A DNA stretch of 57,799 nucleotides, the filler included, from Porpidia crustulata (lineage: Eukaryota), in NCBI GenBank assembly GCA_964255105.1. It is 6 parts of 6 records of this genome, joined end to end, with 100 filler letters (N's around TTAATTAATTAA, not from the genome) between each part and the next. Parts side by side here need not be neighbours in the genome. Positions count along the whole stretch, not along the records: positions 1 to 9,558 come from CAXUWE010000922.1; positions 9,659 to 19,216 come from CAXUWE010000923.1; 4 more parts are not named here. One strand, 5' to 3'. Positions 1 to 10,501 of the stretch are shown here, piece after piece. Position numbers and translations under genes: made by a program. The notes beneath the pieces were generated by a model. It was not told the origin of the DNA. It did no database searches and saw only the letters and a list, made by a program, of their open reading frames with translations. Each line of letters begins with the position of its first letter. The stretch's first letter is position 1.

Positions 1-2383
1 GGGTGGCTGTTAGGGGGAGGGATGAGGAGGGTGCAGCGCATCGGGCAGAAGGGGGGGAGGCCGTTTGCTTTCGCGCCATTCTTGAGAAACCGCTGAAGGC
101 TCGTTTGTGGGGCCCATTGAGGCTGCCGCTGCGGGTGTTGTGGGCGTCGGAGGGATCTGGGTCATGGTTGGATATACTTGTATTTGTAAAGTAATTTCGG
201 GGTCTGTTTGCTCGAATAGAAGCGACTCCAGACTGAGGTCCAGCCATGGAAAATGACATTGCGGAAACGATTGAACTCGGACTGTATCGCATGCTGGTGA
301 ATTGTTGAGGGCCGTCGATGAGTTCGAAGTCGTCGGAGCTGAAGGAGGGTTGGACCGTCATACCTGTAGAGGAGACGGCAACAAAGGAGCAGTATTTGCC
401 TCCGACTTGATATTGGACGCCTAGGCGGACTGCTTCACGTTGTACGATTTGATCGAACTTTTCTGGGAATTCGTCCTTTACTAGCATTCCGTCTTGGTTC
501 TTCGCGTGGTAGATCCAGCCACGACCCTCTTCCAATTCACCCACGGCCTTTCTGGCGGCGAGTTGGTGAATTGTTTCTCCGTTTTTGGGGAGGGTTTCGA
601 TTGGTATCTCAATTGCAATGGCACCTTGCCCAGACTTTCCTCTCAGAATCACGGCCGTGGGTGAGCGTTTCGAGTCTTGTGAGGACAGATGGAGGTATAT
701 CGTCGTCCTCGAAAAGGAATACAGAGATGGGATGTTGTATGGTGATTGTAGTAATTTCGGTACAGTGAGTGTTGGTAGGTGGTCGTATTGATCTTGGCCT
801 TCCTCACGAACGCCTTGCGCTTGCGGAGATTCCTTGTTTCCTGGATCATGGGTTATTGTACTACCGATAGACATCACGCGGAGGCTATCGACGACCCGCT
901 CGACAAACACAAAATCTTCTTCGTCCTCCTCAGGGGCCTTGTATTGAACCTCGAGTGTGAAACCCTTCATGGACTGGCTTAGTGCACCCTCTAACATACG
1001 GACTAGCTTTCCATCCAACTTCTCATTCTCTCCAACCACTTGTGCGAAACCGTCCCCGGCCCTCGCAACACCTTCAAGAAGCGCGTGCGAAACGGCGTTA
1101 CCGATTCCCAGAGCGAAAACGCGAATGGATTTTTCGCTTTGAGAGACTTGTTTATTCAGGTAAGAAAAAAGTTCTTGCTGCTGCGAGATGTCTCCATCTG
1201 TGCATAGAACGATTGATAGGTCCTCATTCTTGGAGCGGGACTCAATTGCTGCACGAATAGCATCCAATGTCTCAGTACCACCGAAGTCGGCATTGAAACG
1301 GCTCACATAGCGCTTCGCCCCAGCGAGAGAGTTTTCGGAATACGCCAGGCTCTTTGGCCAAAGAAGTTCATGATTCGATCCAAAGGAGCAGATGTTGAAG
1401 AGAATTCCGACCGGCAGGGATTTGAGGAAAGTGTTAGTGGCAGAGATTAGAGTTGGAATTTTATCTCGCATGCTGCCGCTTCTGTCTACAACAAAGATTA
1501 TCTCCGGCTTTGATGGCTGCAATCCGAGAATTGGCACCAAGGTCATCATCAACGCTCTTTGGTCTTGGATAGTGGAGTGATTCTCTAGGATTGCTCGCGG
1601 CGTTGCAGCATCCCGATGAACAATTTCGAGAACGAAGTCACGATCAAGTTCAGCTGAAGCAAGACTTAGGGTAGCAGATGCTTGAGACAACTCCGGTTTC
1701 TCTGTTAGTGCAGTTGAGACATTACCAATAGTAACTGCTATCGGATGGCTCGGTGATCTCAGCTCTTTGATGATGGAATCTTTGTCGAGTGATACATCAA
1801 CAACGATACTAATACCCCCTTTTTCAACAATTGAAGCTGGCTTTTCCCGGGGAACCCCTGCGGCTACACTATCATAGCGAGGGCTGATTCTTGTAGGTAG
1901 CGTAAACCGTATACCATCGGCCCCCATATCATGCTTCAGCTCTCCAACATATGTGATTTTGACGATGATCCTTTCCATGGAAGGTATATTTCCAAGTGTG
2001 GTGTAAAAAACATCAGAGGTTGAGCCTTGAGTTAGAAGCCCAGCGGTTTCTCCGCGTCCCACTGCTTCCTGGTAGATTTCCTGAGCCCTCTTCTTCTCCT
2101 TTACGATACCTTGGATGGTGCGGGATCCAATCTGGCATCCAAACCCTACCACACTGACGCCACCATAGAGCGGGAACTCATAGTTACATTCCTTGACTTC
2201 GTCTCCCGTGTTAATATAGGTCTGAGATAGCACGGTTCTCGAAGCAGTGCTAAATATGGTTGTAGTGGCGGACAAGCTGACCTGGGGTAAGTAATGTTTG
2301 CCTGGAGAAAAGCCACGGGGTGGTGAACCCCCCTCTATCATGTAGTGACAGCCACAAATGTTGTCGGAGCTTGATAGACCCAT
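1..2383 (-). CDS. VIT (vault/inter-alpha-trypsin) + von Willebrand factor A domain protein, 3' end runs off the window
   Basis: It is absent from the ORF track, presumably because no stop lies inside the window. Manual translation from the ATG at 2383 gives a VIT-like N-terminus (YLPQVSLSATTTIFSTASRTVLSQTYIN...YEFPLYGGVSVVGFGCQIGSRTIQGIVKEK...IRFTLPTRISPRY). A vWA MIDAS follows (PEIIFVVDRSGSM...ADFGGTE...IVLCTDGDI). Confidence 0.88.
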   Translation of the reverse strand, partial: MGLSSSDNICGCHYMIEGGSPPRGFSPGKHYLPQVSLSATTTIFSTASRTVLSQTYINTGDEVKECNYEFPLYGGVSVVGFGCQIGSRTIQGIVKEKKRAQEIYQEAVGRGETAGLLTQGSTSDVFYTTLGNIPSMERIIVKITYVGELKHDMGADGIRFTLPTRISPRYDSVAAGVPREKPASIVEKGGISIVVDVSLDKDSIIKELRSPSHPIAVTIGNVSTALTEKPELSQASATLSLASAELDRDFVLEIVHRDAATPRAILENHSTIQDQRALMMTLVPILGLQPSKPEIIFVVDRSGSMRDKIPTLISATNTFLKSLPVGILFNICSFGSNHELLWPKSLAYSENSLAGAKRYVSRFNADFGGTETLDAIRAAIESRSKNEDLSIVLCTDGDISQQQELFSYLNKQVSQSEKSIRVFALGIGNAVSHALLEGVARAGDGFAQVVGENEKLDGKLVRMLEGALSQSMKGFTLEVQYKAPEEDEEDFVFVERVVDSLRVMSIGSTITHDPGNKESPQAQGVREEGQDQYDHLPTLTVPKLLQSPYNIPSLYSFSRTTIYLHLSSQDSKRSPTAVILRGKSGQGAIAIEIPIETLPKNGETIHQLAARKAVGELEEGRGWIYHAKNQDGMLVKDEFPEKFDQIVQREAVRLGVQYQVGGKYCSFVAVSSTGMTVQPSFSSDDFELIDGPQQFTSMRYSPSSIVSAMSFSMAGPQSGVASIRANRPRNYFTNTSISNHDPDPSDAHNTRSGSLNGPHKRAFSGFSRMARKQTASPPSARCAAPSSSLPLTAT

Positions 2384-2502
2384 GGCCTCAAACAAGTACC
2401 AGTAATTAGGAAATTATCAATAAAAAGAAGCTGACTAGTAAATGTATGGGTGTAGACACTGTAAGAAGTTGTGTGGAATCAATTGAGCAGATTCAACAAT
2501 TG

Positions 2503-2510
2503 TTTATATA
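2503..2510 (-). promoter_or_regulatory. Candidate TATA box (TATATAAA) of the VIT/vWA gene
   Basis: Consensus TATATAAA on the minus strand about 120 bp upstream of the ATG at 2383, in the divergent intergenic region shared with ArgRS. Confidence 0.4.
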
Positions 2511-3069
2511 CAGCAGAGACTGATGCCTGAAGTGCGGGGTAGCAGACTGAAAGTGACAGACGAAGGATTCACCAGAAGAATTGCAGCCTAGAGAATACAT
2601 TCACATTTGACTCGCTATGAGGCCAGCTACTCAGGAGCATGGTGATATGAGACTGAACTGTACGGAACAAAAGTATGGCCTGCTATAGAAATCGGGTATC
2701 CTTAGTCACCTTGCTCGTTCTCTAGATACGCTTTCCATCGTAAGTACATATGAAGTACCTTGGTAGGAAAGATCCACATGTTTGATTCCTCGGTCTTTTC
2801 AATTCAACCTTGCAAGCGACACCCTAGAGCAGGCGTTCGTAGGTGTATGATGACGGTAATCTCGTGCTGTGATGGTTCAATGCAAGCTGTAGTGGAACTC
2901 GTTCGAAAGCTTTTGCACTATGGGTGAGAACATCGCAGCGCGGCTGTGATCTACGCTAATATCCGGCTCGGGCCGCCTGTCCTGGCTTAGCTTGATACAT
3001 AAACAATACCGTATCACAGTACCGAAAACTGGATGTTACTCATCGTCAGGTACATGTCTCAACAATCTA

Positions 3070-5173
3070 ATGCTTTGCTCGCTTCTCAGATATAAAGGAA
3101 GATATACTCAGTATCGACGACATATCCAATTTGTAAGGAATACCCTAATGACAATGGCTGCAACCCCTTCAGAGCAGTTCGCGGTAGCAGCCAACAATCC
3201 ATTCGATATTTATAGAACCCATATATCCGAGCTTTTGGGGCCCATCACCGGCAAACCTGCCGCTCAGATACGTGAAAGGCTGTCCTGGACTCAAACCTTT
3301 GATAAGGGAGATCTCTCACTTCCGACACCTTCATTACGGATCCAAGGTAAAAAGCCAGATGAATTGGCCAAGGAATGGACCGAGAAATTTCCAGAATCCC
3401 CTCTGGTTTGCAAACCTGTCCCGGCTGGACCTTTTTTGCAATTCTTTTTCAAACCGGAGCCCCTCATTACGTCCATAATCCCGTCCATTCTGAAGAAAAA
3501 AGCTGCCTATGGCAGAAATGAAACATTAGGACTTCGGGATGAGTCTGATCCTTCGAAAGGGAAAAAACGTGTGATTGTGGAATTTTCGTCTCCCAATATC
3601 GCAAAACCATTCCATGCTGGCCATCTCCGAAGTACAATTATCGGGGGCTTCTTGGCAAATCTGTACGAGACTGCTGGTTGGGATGTAATTCGAATGAACT
3701 ATCTAGGAGATTGGGGGCGGCAGTTCGGTTTACTCGCCAATGCATTTGCCGCGTATGGAAACGAAGAACAGCTCAAAAGGGATCCAATCGGTCATCTCTT
3801 TGATGTGTATGTTGAAATTAACAAGGTTTCTAAGCCAGAGGAGGACGAGATCAATGAAAAGAAAGAAGAACTCAAGGAAGTAACGGAGGCAGGTGAAGAT
3901 TCTTCGGATCTTGAAAAGGAAATCTTAGCCCTCCAAGCTAAAAGTACAAATGAGAAAGCGCGACAGTATTTTAAGAGACTCGAAGACGGTGATCCAGACG
4001 CTCTAGCCACTTGGTCTCGATTTCGAGAACTCAGCATTGAAAAATATAAGAAGACTTATGCTCGACTCAACATTCACTACGATTACTACTCTGGTGAATC
4101 GCAGGTTGAGCCATGGCGAATGGAGCGTGCGGTCAAGGAGTTGGAGGAGAGTGGTGTTTCAGAACCATCAAAGGGAGCAGTCATTGTCGATCTCAGTAAG
4201 TCCAAGGATAAGCAGACGAAGAAGCTAGGTAAAGCCTTGGTCAAGAAAACCGATGGGTCATCGCTCTACTTGACCCGCGACATTGGAGAAGCAGTAAAAC
4301 GATATGAACTGTATCACTTTGATAAGATGCTCTACGTAGTTGCATCTCAGCAGGAGCTGCACCTCGCTCAGCTTTACAAAATTCTAGAGCTTATGGGCCA
4401 TAAGGATGTTTCTGATAGATGCCAGCATATCAACTTCGGGATGGTGCTAGGCATGAGTACGCGTAGAGGCACAGTGAAATTCCTGGATGATATTTTAAGG
4501 GATGTTGGTGAGAAGATGCACGAGGTCATGCAACGAAACAAATCCAAGTACGAACAGGTCGAAGATCCTGTGCAAACTGCAGACACTCTTGGTATCACAG
4601 CAGTGATGGTGCAAGACATGACGGGCAAGCGGTGAGCTCTAATTCATATCATTCCACTCTCCTGGCTGTATTTCATTGACAGTCTCGCAGCGTCAACAAT
4701 TATGAATTCTCATTAGAGCAAATGTGCTCCTTCGAAGGTGACACTGGCCCGTATTTACAATATGCCCATGCCCGTCTCTGCTCCATCACCAGGAAAGCCG
4801 GTATCCCGTCCGAAGATCTTGAGTCAGCCAAGCTATCTCTTCTTTCTGAATCGCATGCCATCAATCTCGTTCGCGCACTAGCGTCGTGGCCAGATGTTGT
4901 ACAGAACACCATGAAGACGCTGGAGCCTGTGACCGTACTGGCGTATCTTTTCAAGATGACGCACATGTTGAGCTCGAGCTATGATGTGCTGCAGGTGGTT
5001 GGCAGTGAGCCTGAATTGAAAAAGGCACGGATGGCATTGTATGAAGCAGCAAGGCAGGTTCTTCACAACGGCATGCGGCTCCTCGGACTCAATCCTGTTG
5101 AGCGGTAAGCTTATCCTGGAGTCCTTATCCTACCTACTCAACTTTCAGAATGCTGATTGAGACCAGTATGTGA
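3070..5173 (+). CDS. Arginyl-tRNA synthetase (class I); exons 3070-4631, 4691-5104, 5167-5173 (~660 aa; alternative starts at 3148/3154)
   Basis: Motifs VEFSSPNIAKPFHAGHLRSTIIG (HIGH), NYLGDWGRQFG, GMSTRRG (KMSKS equivalent) and FEGDTGPYLQYAHARL. Two GT-AG introns (4632-4690, 5105-5166) restore the frame and give the typical PVERM* terminus. Confidence 0.96.
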
Positions 5174-6783
5174 ACTGTACGTTCTTCCCTATGTTCACGG
5201 ATGATACCCGGAGAAGTGGCGTTGACATCGGCTGGAAACTTTAAGCGATTTCTCTGGATTATGGGAGCTGTGAGCATCTCGATGGGGACACTGTTGCTTT
5301 GGCAAAAAAGGTAGATGAGAAAGAACCTTGTAAACTGTCGGTATTCCCTTCGAGCGTCAGACCGAGGACAACGACTCGGGAGAAAGGCCTCAAAAATAAG
5401 GCAACCGGTCTAAATTACCGAGTGAAAACAACAACATTCATTGGTATGAATTAAGTCCAACACATCGTTCTTGATTAAGAAAAGTCGGTCAAGAATGTGA
5501 GGGGCGTAATCCCCAATCGAGTCAAGGACGACTCGGACATTTCCGGAAGAGTACTCAGTAGCTGTTCGATGCAGGCGGCAATGCTTAGGAAGAATTGCAT
5601 GACGTTACTTTACCTGTCTTAACCTTCGTCCTCAATCACGAGATAATCGGGTTCCAGAGACCGATAACAGATGGCTTGACATATGTATAAAGGCCTTTCC
5701 ACCTCTCATCTTGCATTGCGTGGTCGTTTGAATACGAGCATCTTTCCCATTCGCCCGTCACTGTCGATTGTTAGCGAAAGCAAGCTTATCCGTCTCTTGC
5801 CCTCCACGGAAAGCATTGTGATGAATTGGAGCGATAGGGCCAGCGTTCAGCCCGGTTCATGATCTAGTCCAAGCTCGAAGCTGCATAATTTATACTTCTG
5901 TTTAGACCGTTTTGGTCGATGAACATGCACGTGCATCTCCGCCATTCAGCCAATTGCCGCGTCCCTCGCGCAATGGTAGGATGGGAGAACCCCAGACTAC
6001 GGCGCGCACTTGAGTACGTTACTGACATCCGATGTGCTACCTGTGCGTCACAATTCTATAAGTGGAGATTATGATCAAAGATTGAAGGATCAACGAATCA
6101 CCCACCTTCAGGCAGCAATATGACCCACGACTGAACCAACGAGGTTGCTTTCCAGAATCAATTGTACAGATGAGGCGACCAATATAGGTGAAGGAGGCTG
6201 CCATTGATTTGCACAGCTCACAGTTTCGAGCAATGGCCGGTCTGAATTCTTACAAATCCGCGGGGTGTAGGGATCCTTCCCCATACTCCTAGTGACTCGG
6301 CTAGGATATGGTGTGCAGAATTCGGCCAGCTGCGTTGGTTGAGAAGCGGCCGATGGTGTTGGTGTTGGTGCTTGTGCTTGTGATGGTGCTGGAAGTGGGT
6401 TTCCATCCGGTCAAACTGCTCATGCGCCCATACACCAATGGACACCAGCCGTCACATAGCCATTGGGAATTTCTGATATTTAAATTTATAATATCAAAAA
6501 TCATATTTCTTATAGGTCTTCTTGGATTCTTTGGGTGACTCAAAGTGAATATAAGTGAGAGCTACGAACCATATCCCATGAAGACGTGGGACTGACTTCA
6601 TAATGCGAAGATCAGCAATCAAACCCAGCCAACACACCCACACGTCCTTGTTCTGATTCTCCATCTTTACAACTTTTATCTTTTTCTTTTCTTTCATTTC
6701 TATAATTGTCCAAGCCTCAATATCATACAGTATACCGGTGATGAGTCACCATTGTCGGAATATCTAATACAATCCATTGATCT

Positions 6784-6850
6784 GTATGGTAGGGCAACCC
6801 TAGCAGCAGTCTTATCGATTGCTACCTGACTTCAACCCCTCGATTTTCAG
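6784..6850 (+). other. Probable 5'-UTR intron of the 6978-9038 gene
   Basis: GTATGG donor, CTGAC branch site and TTTTCAG acceptor, ~130 bp upstream of the ATG. Confidence 0.35.
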
Positions 6851-6977
6851 GTTCCAACAACAAGAATTATTTTTATTTGATTTTTATTTTTTAATTCTCT
6901 TCTCTCGTCCTACCTTGTACGCAGTCCTATATTGGGAGCAAACATTGTAACAATTTGCTGCCCCCCCTTGGTAGCTT

Positions 6978-9038
6978 ATGGGGGATATGTCCAGTAGCCC
7001 TCCCAATCCTCGCGCTGCCTATTGCGAAGAATACAGCGAGGATAAGCATACAACTCTACCCGAGACTCGGCAAACTGCCAACATAGCGGTTAAGCGCTCA
7101 CGAACAGACATTGCCAAGTTGAAGACCGCTGACACCCGCGTCGGACGCAGCGACTCAGGCAATTCCAGTCAGACCGTCGCAACAATCAACAGCGGAGACT
7201 CTTCGCTGGAGTCAAAAGCTGGAACGAAACAATTAAGAGTGGACACTGCAGTTCACACCATTAGAAGACGACCGAAACTGGTGACCAAGCAGTCCGAGAC
7301 CCAGCCATCAAGCCCGCAGAAGTCCTCTTACAGACGAAGCAGTTCCAGAGCACGAGATGAACGTCCAAAGAAATCGGAACAGTGCGATTGTGCCAAGTGT
7401 AGAGTCAATAAACGAACATCCCTCCCACCACTCGAAACATCATTACCGGCAGCGATTGATCGCCATGCGCGGCCGCGGAACGAGGCAACAATTACGCCGC
7501 AGTCTGCTAAGCCTTCGTTACCACGAGCTATTCCAAATGCTCCAGTATACCAGCCTGTGCAGGCCCGTCCGCGAGCCCTTACATCGCAATCATATCGACA
7601 ACCACGCCCGATGAGCTACCATGGCAGCATGCCTGAAACAATGTACATACCACAACAACCACCCGTTTTGATAGAACGACAGCAGCCGGCATTATATCCT
7701 TCTCCTTTGACATTCCCGCAGCCTTCGTACCCTCCGCTCCGGGGCGAATATTTTCCAGTCCCTCAACCAGTCGTCCCTCGTCGTCAGGACAGTTTTCCCT
7801 TACCGCCGTCGCCGTATGAGATACAACCACGCCCACGACCCAATCAATGGGCTCCAGAATATCAACCTCGCCGCCAATCTATGATATATAATTCACCTCC
7901 AATACTCGAATATCCTCAACCGCAGTACATCCCTAGACCACCCTCTGCTCAACCTGCGCCTCGTCCCGCCTTTGTATACTATGATCTGCCCCCCACACCT
8001 CGAGAGAATTACGTCCCACGCGATGAAGATTTCTACCGTATGCCACCACCACCGGCGCCAGCACCTCTTCCGAGACAATCAACTCGTCCACCCATGCGAC
8101 ATTCAGCAACGACGTCGACAGCACACCCAATGTTACATCATCCCCATAAACGAAATACAGAGGAACATACAGAGCAGAAGTCTGGGCGTCGAAGCCCGAA
8201 GAAAGAGCAAGGGGAACACCACACATCGAGGCGACCATCGCTCGCAAGTAGACCCTCTGCTACCCCCAGCAGTGGTCAATCAAGCTCCCACTCGATCGAG
8301 CGTGGTATGGCTCATATGAGTGTAGAAAGCGGTGATATCGCAGCCAAACAGAAGAGAAGGACTTCCTACTACAGCCACGAGAGACCCCGTGATCTCGAGC
8401 GTGTTGTCGAGACCTATCAAGCTGATGTAAATACCACAGCGGACGCCCTGCCCGTTCCCATCACCAGCGACTCGCTCAAGCTCGTCCGCAAGAAAACCCA
8501 CAGTGACACCGGCAGCCGTGCGAGTGCGGAGGGTAGAGGGAGTAGAGAAGGTAGCGATGTCAAGCCCCGCAGCTCGACCGATCGCCGCGGCGGAAGCGAT
8601 GTCAAAGCGCGCAAGGACAAGGACGGCGTCACCGTGCGCTTCCACCATTCCTCGGGCGTCAACCTTGACGTCAAAGGTGGGGAAGGAAGAACGATCAGTC
8701 TCCGGCCAAGCCGCGATGGCGACGGCGAGATGGAATTCAGCATCGGAAACAAAGAGAGGCATGGTCTTAGTAGAACCGCAAGTAGGACCGGAGGACGTGA
8801 GAGGCATCAGAAGACATATCCGTCCGTGGGTGGAACAGCCAGCAGTGGGGTTCGAGAGTTGGAAGTGGCGAGGAGTGTTAGCCGCGTGAAGGGAGATAGA
8901 GACGCCAGCCGCATGAGAGGAGAACGAGATACGGGCAGAGACAAGGAGAGAAGAGTGGCTGCGAGCCACAGCCGTCGAAGCAGCAGGAGCGGGTTCAGCG
9001 GCAGGGGAACAGGCGAGGGATCCGGTGGATGGATCTAG
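6978..9038 (+). CDS. Hypothetical Pro/Ser/Arg-rich, probably disordered protein (686 aa)
   Basis: Single 2061-nt ORF starting with ATG, with low-complexity composition. No catalytic motif recognised. Confidence 0.8.
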   Translation: MGDMSSSPPNPRAAYCEEYSEDKHTTLPETRQTANIAVKRSRTDIAKLKTADTRVGRSDSGNSSQTVATINSGDSSLESKAGTKQLRVDTAVHTIRRRPKLVTKQSETQPSSPQKSSYRRSSSRARDERPKKSEQCDCAKCRVNKRTSLPPLETSLPAAIDRHARPRNEATITPQSAKPSLPRAIPNAPVYQPVQARPRALTSQSYRQPRPMSYHGSMPETMYIPQQPPVLIERQQPALYPSPLTFPQPSYPPLRGEYFPVPQPVVPRRQDSFPLPPSPYEIQPRPRPNQWAPEYQPRRQSMIYNSPPILEYPQPQYIPRPPSAQPAPRPAFVYYDLPPTPRENYVPRDEDFYRMPPPPAPAPLPRQSTRPPMRHSATTSTAHPMLHHPHKRNTEEHTEQKSGRRSPKKEQGEHHTSRRPSLASRPSATPSSGQSSSHSIERGMAHMSVESGDIAAKQKRRTSYYSHERPRDLERVVETYQADVNTTADALPVPITSDSLKLVRKKTHSDTGSRASAEGRGSREGSDVKPRSSTDRRGGSDVKARKDKDGVTVRFHHSSGVNLDVKGGEGRTISLRPSRDGDGEMEFSIGNKERHGLSRTASRTGGRERHQKTYPSVGGTASSGVRELEVARSVSRVKGDRDASRMRGERDTGRDKERRVAASHSRRSSRSGFSGRGTGEGSGGWI

Positions 9039-9558
9039 ACTGGGTTGCGATACTTGAAATTTCGTTACTTTCGCTGCGGGCCTTTTGACGAAAACATATT
9101 CTTTGGACCGAAAAGATTTCTTTCCGACAACACTCCACTTCTCACAATGACATTTTTCAACAACAGAATTACCAACGATGACGACGAGCGACGAATGAAA
9201 TGCCTTGGAACGATATCAACGACTATTCACGAACGTACTGTTTTTAAAAACTCTTCTCTTCACCGGTCTCCAAGAAATTAGGGGCAGGACAGAAAAGGAA
9301 AAGAAAGAAAGATCTTGTATGCGGATTCCGCGGCCATGTATTCAAACAAACCTCTCATTGCGCTGTCCATCCAAATTGAAAGAAGAAAAAAGCGTATACC
9401 CCCCATTTTCGGATGGCGTTGCGCGGGTCTGGGCTTTATATATATATATGTATTTTCGATAGTATTTACTCGATAGTTGAAAGCGGAGCCAGCGTGAATG
9501 TTGCCGCGCGCCATGTACCGGTGTGTTTTCGGGGAGATGTTGGTCCTCACCGCCAGAA

Positions 9559-9658
9559 NNNNNNNNNNNNNNNNNNNNNNNNNNNNNNNNNNNNNNNNNN
9601 NNTTAATTAATTAANNNNNNNNNNNNNNNNNNNNNNNNNNNNNNNNNNNNNNNNNNNN
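9559..9658. other. Artificial contig spacer (N44-TTAATTAATTAA-N44)
   Basis: The identical 100-nt spacer, with stops in all six frames, occurs five times in the window. Confidence 0.99.
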
Positions 9659-10501
9659 GTTGATATTGTTGAGGGTGGAATTCGATTGGAGGGGGGGGGA
9701 TGGAAGGTGTGGGCGTGTAATCGTTGAATGAGGGGTGTGAGTGCTGTCTTGAGGAACGGACTGAGGTTATGGTGTTTTATTGTTGTGAATCGTCGACTTG
9801 AGGTTTTGCTACTGCGGCTGGTATATTTCATGTAATAGATTCGTTGACAAAATGCCAAATTTTCCTGACAAACAGGATGAGATTTTTAATGATAATTATA
9901 CTCAGCCAAACTCAACAAGTTGAAGTACAGATCATTTCTCGCTTCATTTGGTCTTGCTAGGTTTGTACGTCACACTAACCGACAAGAGGGAAGAAGGGAA
10001 AGGAGAAGGACTGTTTCGAGAGGCGGAAGGACGAAAGGTGTTGGACGAGTTTCTACGGCAAGAAAGACGGGCGGCAAAGATTGAAATTATGAAGCGGAGT
10101 TGCGCTTAATGCGCGTGAGATTCCGCAATGAATTCAGAATTGACAGGACAACAAAGTCGAGCTTGATGAGGTTAGTTCTTGCCAGAGGAGCGGGATGTGT
10201 GAGCGTATCTTGAAGGGTGTATTCATGAGGAGGAGCGTAGCGACATAAGTCGACTTGATATACGAATATCCAACCATCTGATATCCTAATAGACCCCAGT
10301 GCTCAGGAACTGGAGAATACTAAATGCAGCTAGCCGTTACGGCTCATGTTCTGACACAGCGTCGGCGCAGTCCAGTTGTAGCTCTTGATAATAATGGTCA
10401 GCATCTTTGTCAGCCAACATCAGGATGTCCTCGACAATTGATGAAGGTCATCATCTGACTCCGGCTCTCTCCAAGATGCATCGATATGGGCTATAGTACT
10501 A

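Noticed and set aside
2992..3069. ORF-track start of ArgRS at TTG 2992 (likewise S8 at 12990, SUV3 at 48434, decarboxylase at 27989)
   Set aside because: These are non-ATG starts from a prokaryote-style ORF caller; the first in-frame ATGs were used instead.
6218..6543. His-rich and Val/Leu-rich short ORFs (6218-6445 -, 6308-6538 +)
   Set aside because: Their composition is explained by a short (GGTGTT/GTGCTT)n microsatellite, and there is no other coding evidence.
8280..8969. 229-aa minus-strand ORF (also 30364-31053 +, 21983-22372 +, 12253-12672 +)
   Set aside because: These are antisense shadows of real genes, with no independent motifs.
9603..9614. TTAATTAATTAA palindrome repeated five times
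   Set aside because: Always centred in N44 runs; it is an artificial six-frame-stop linker.
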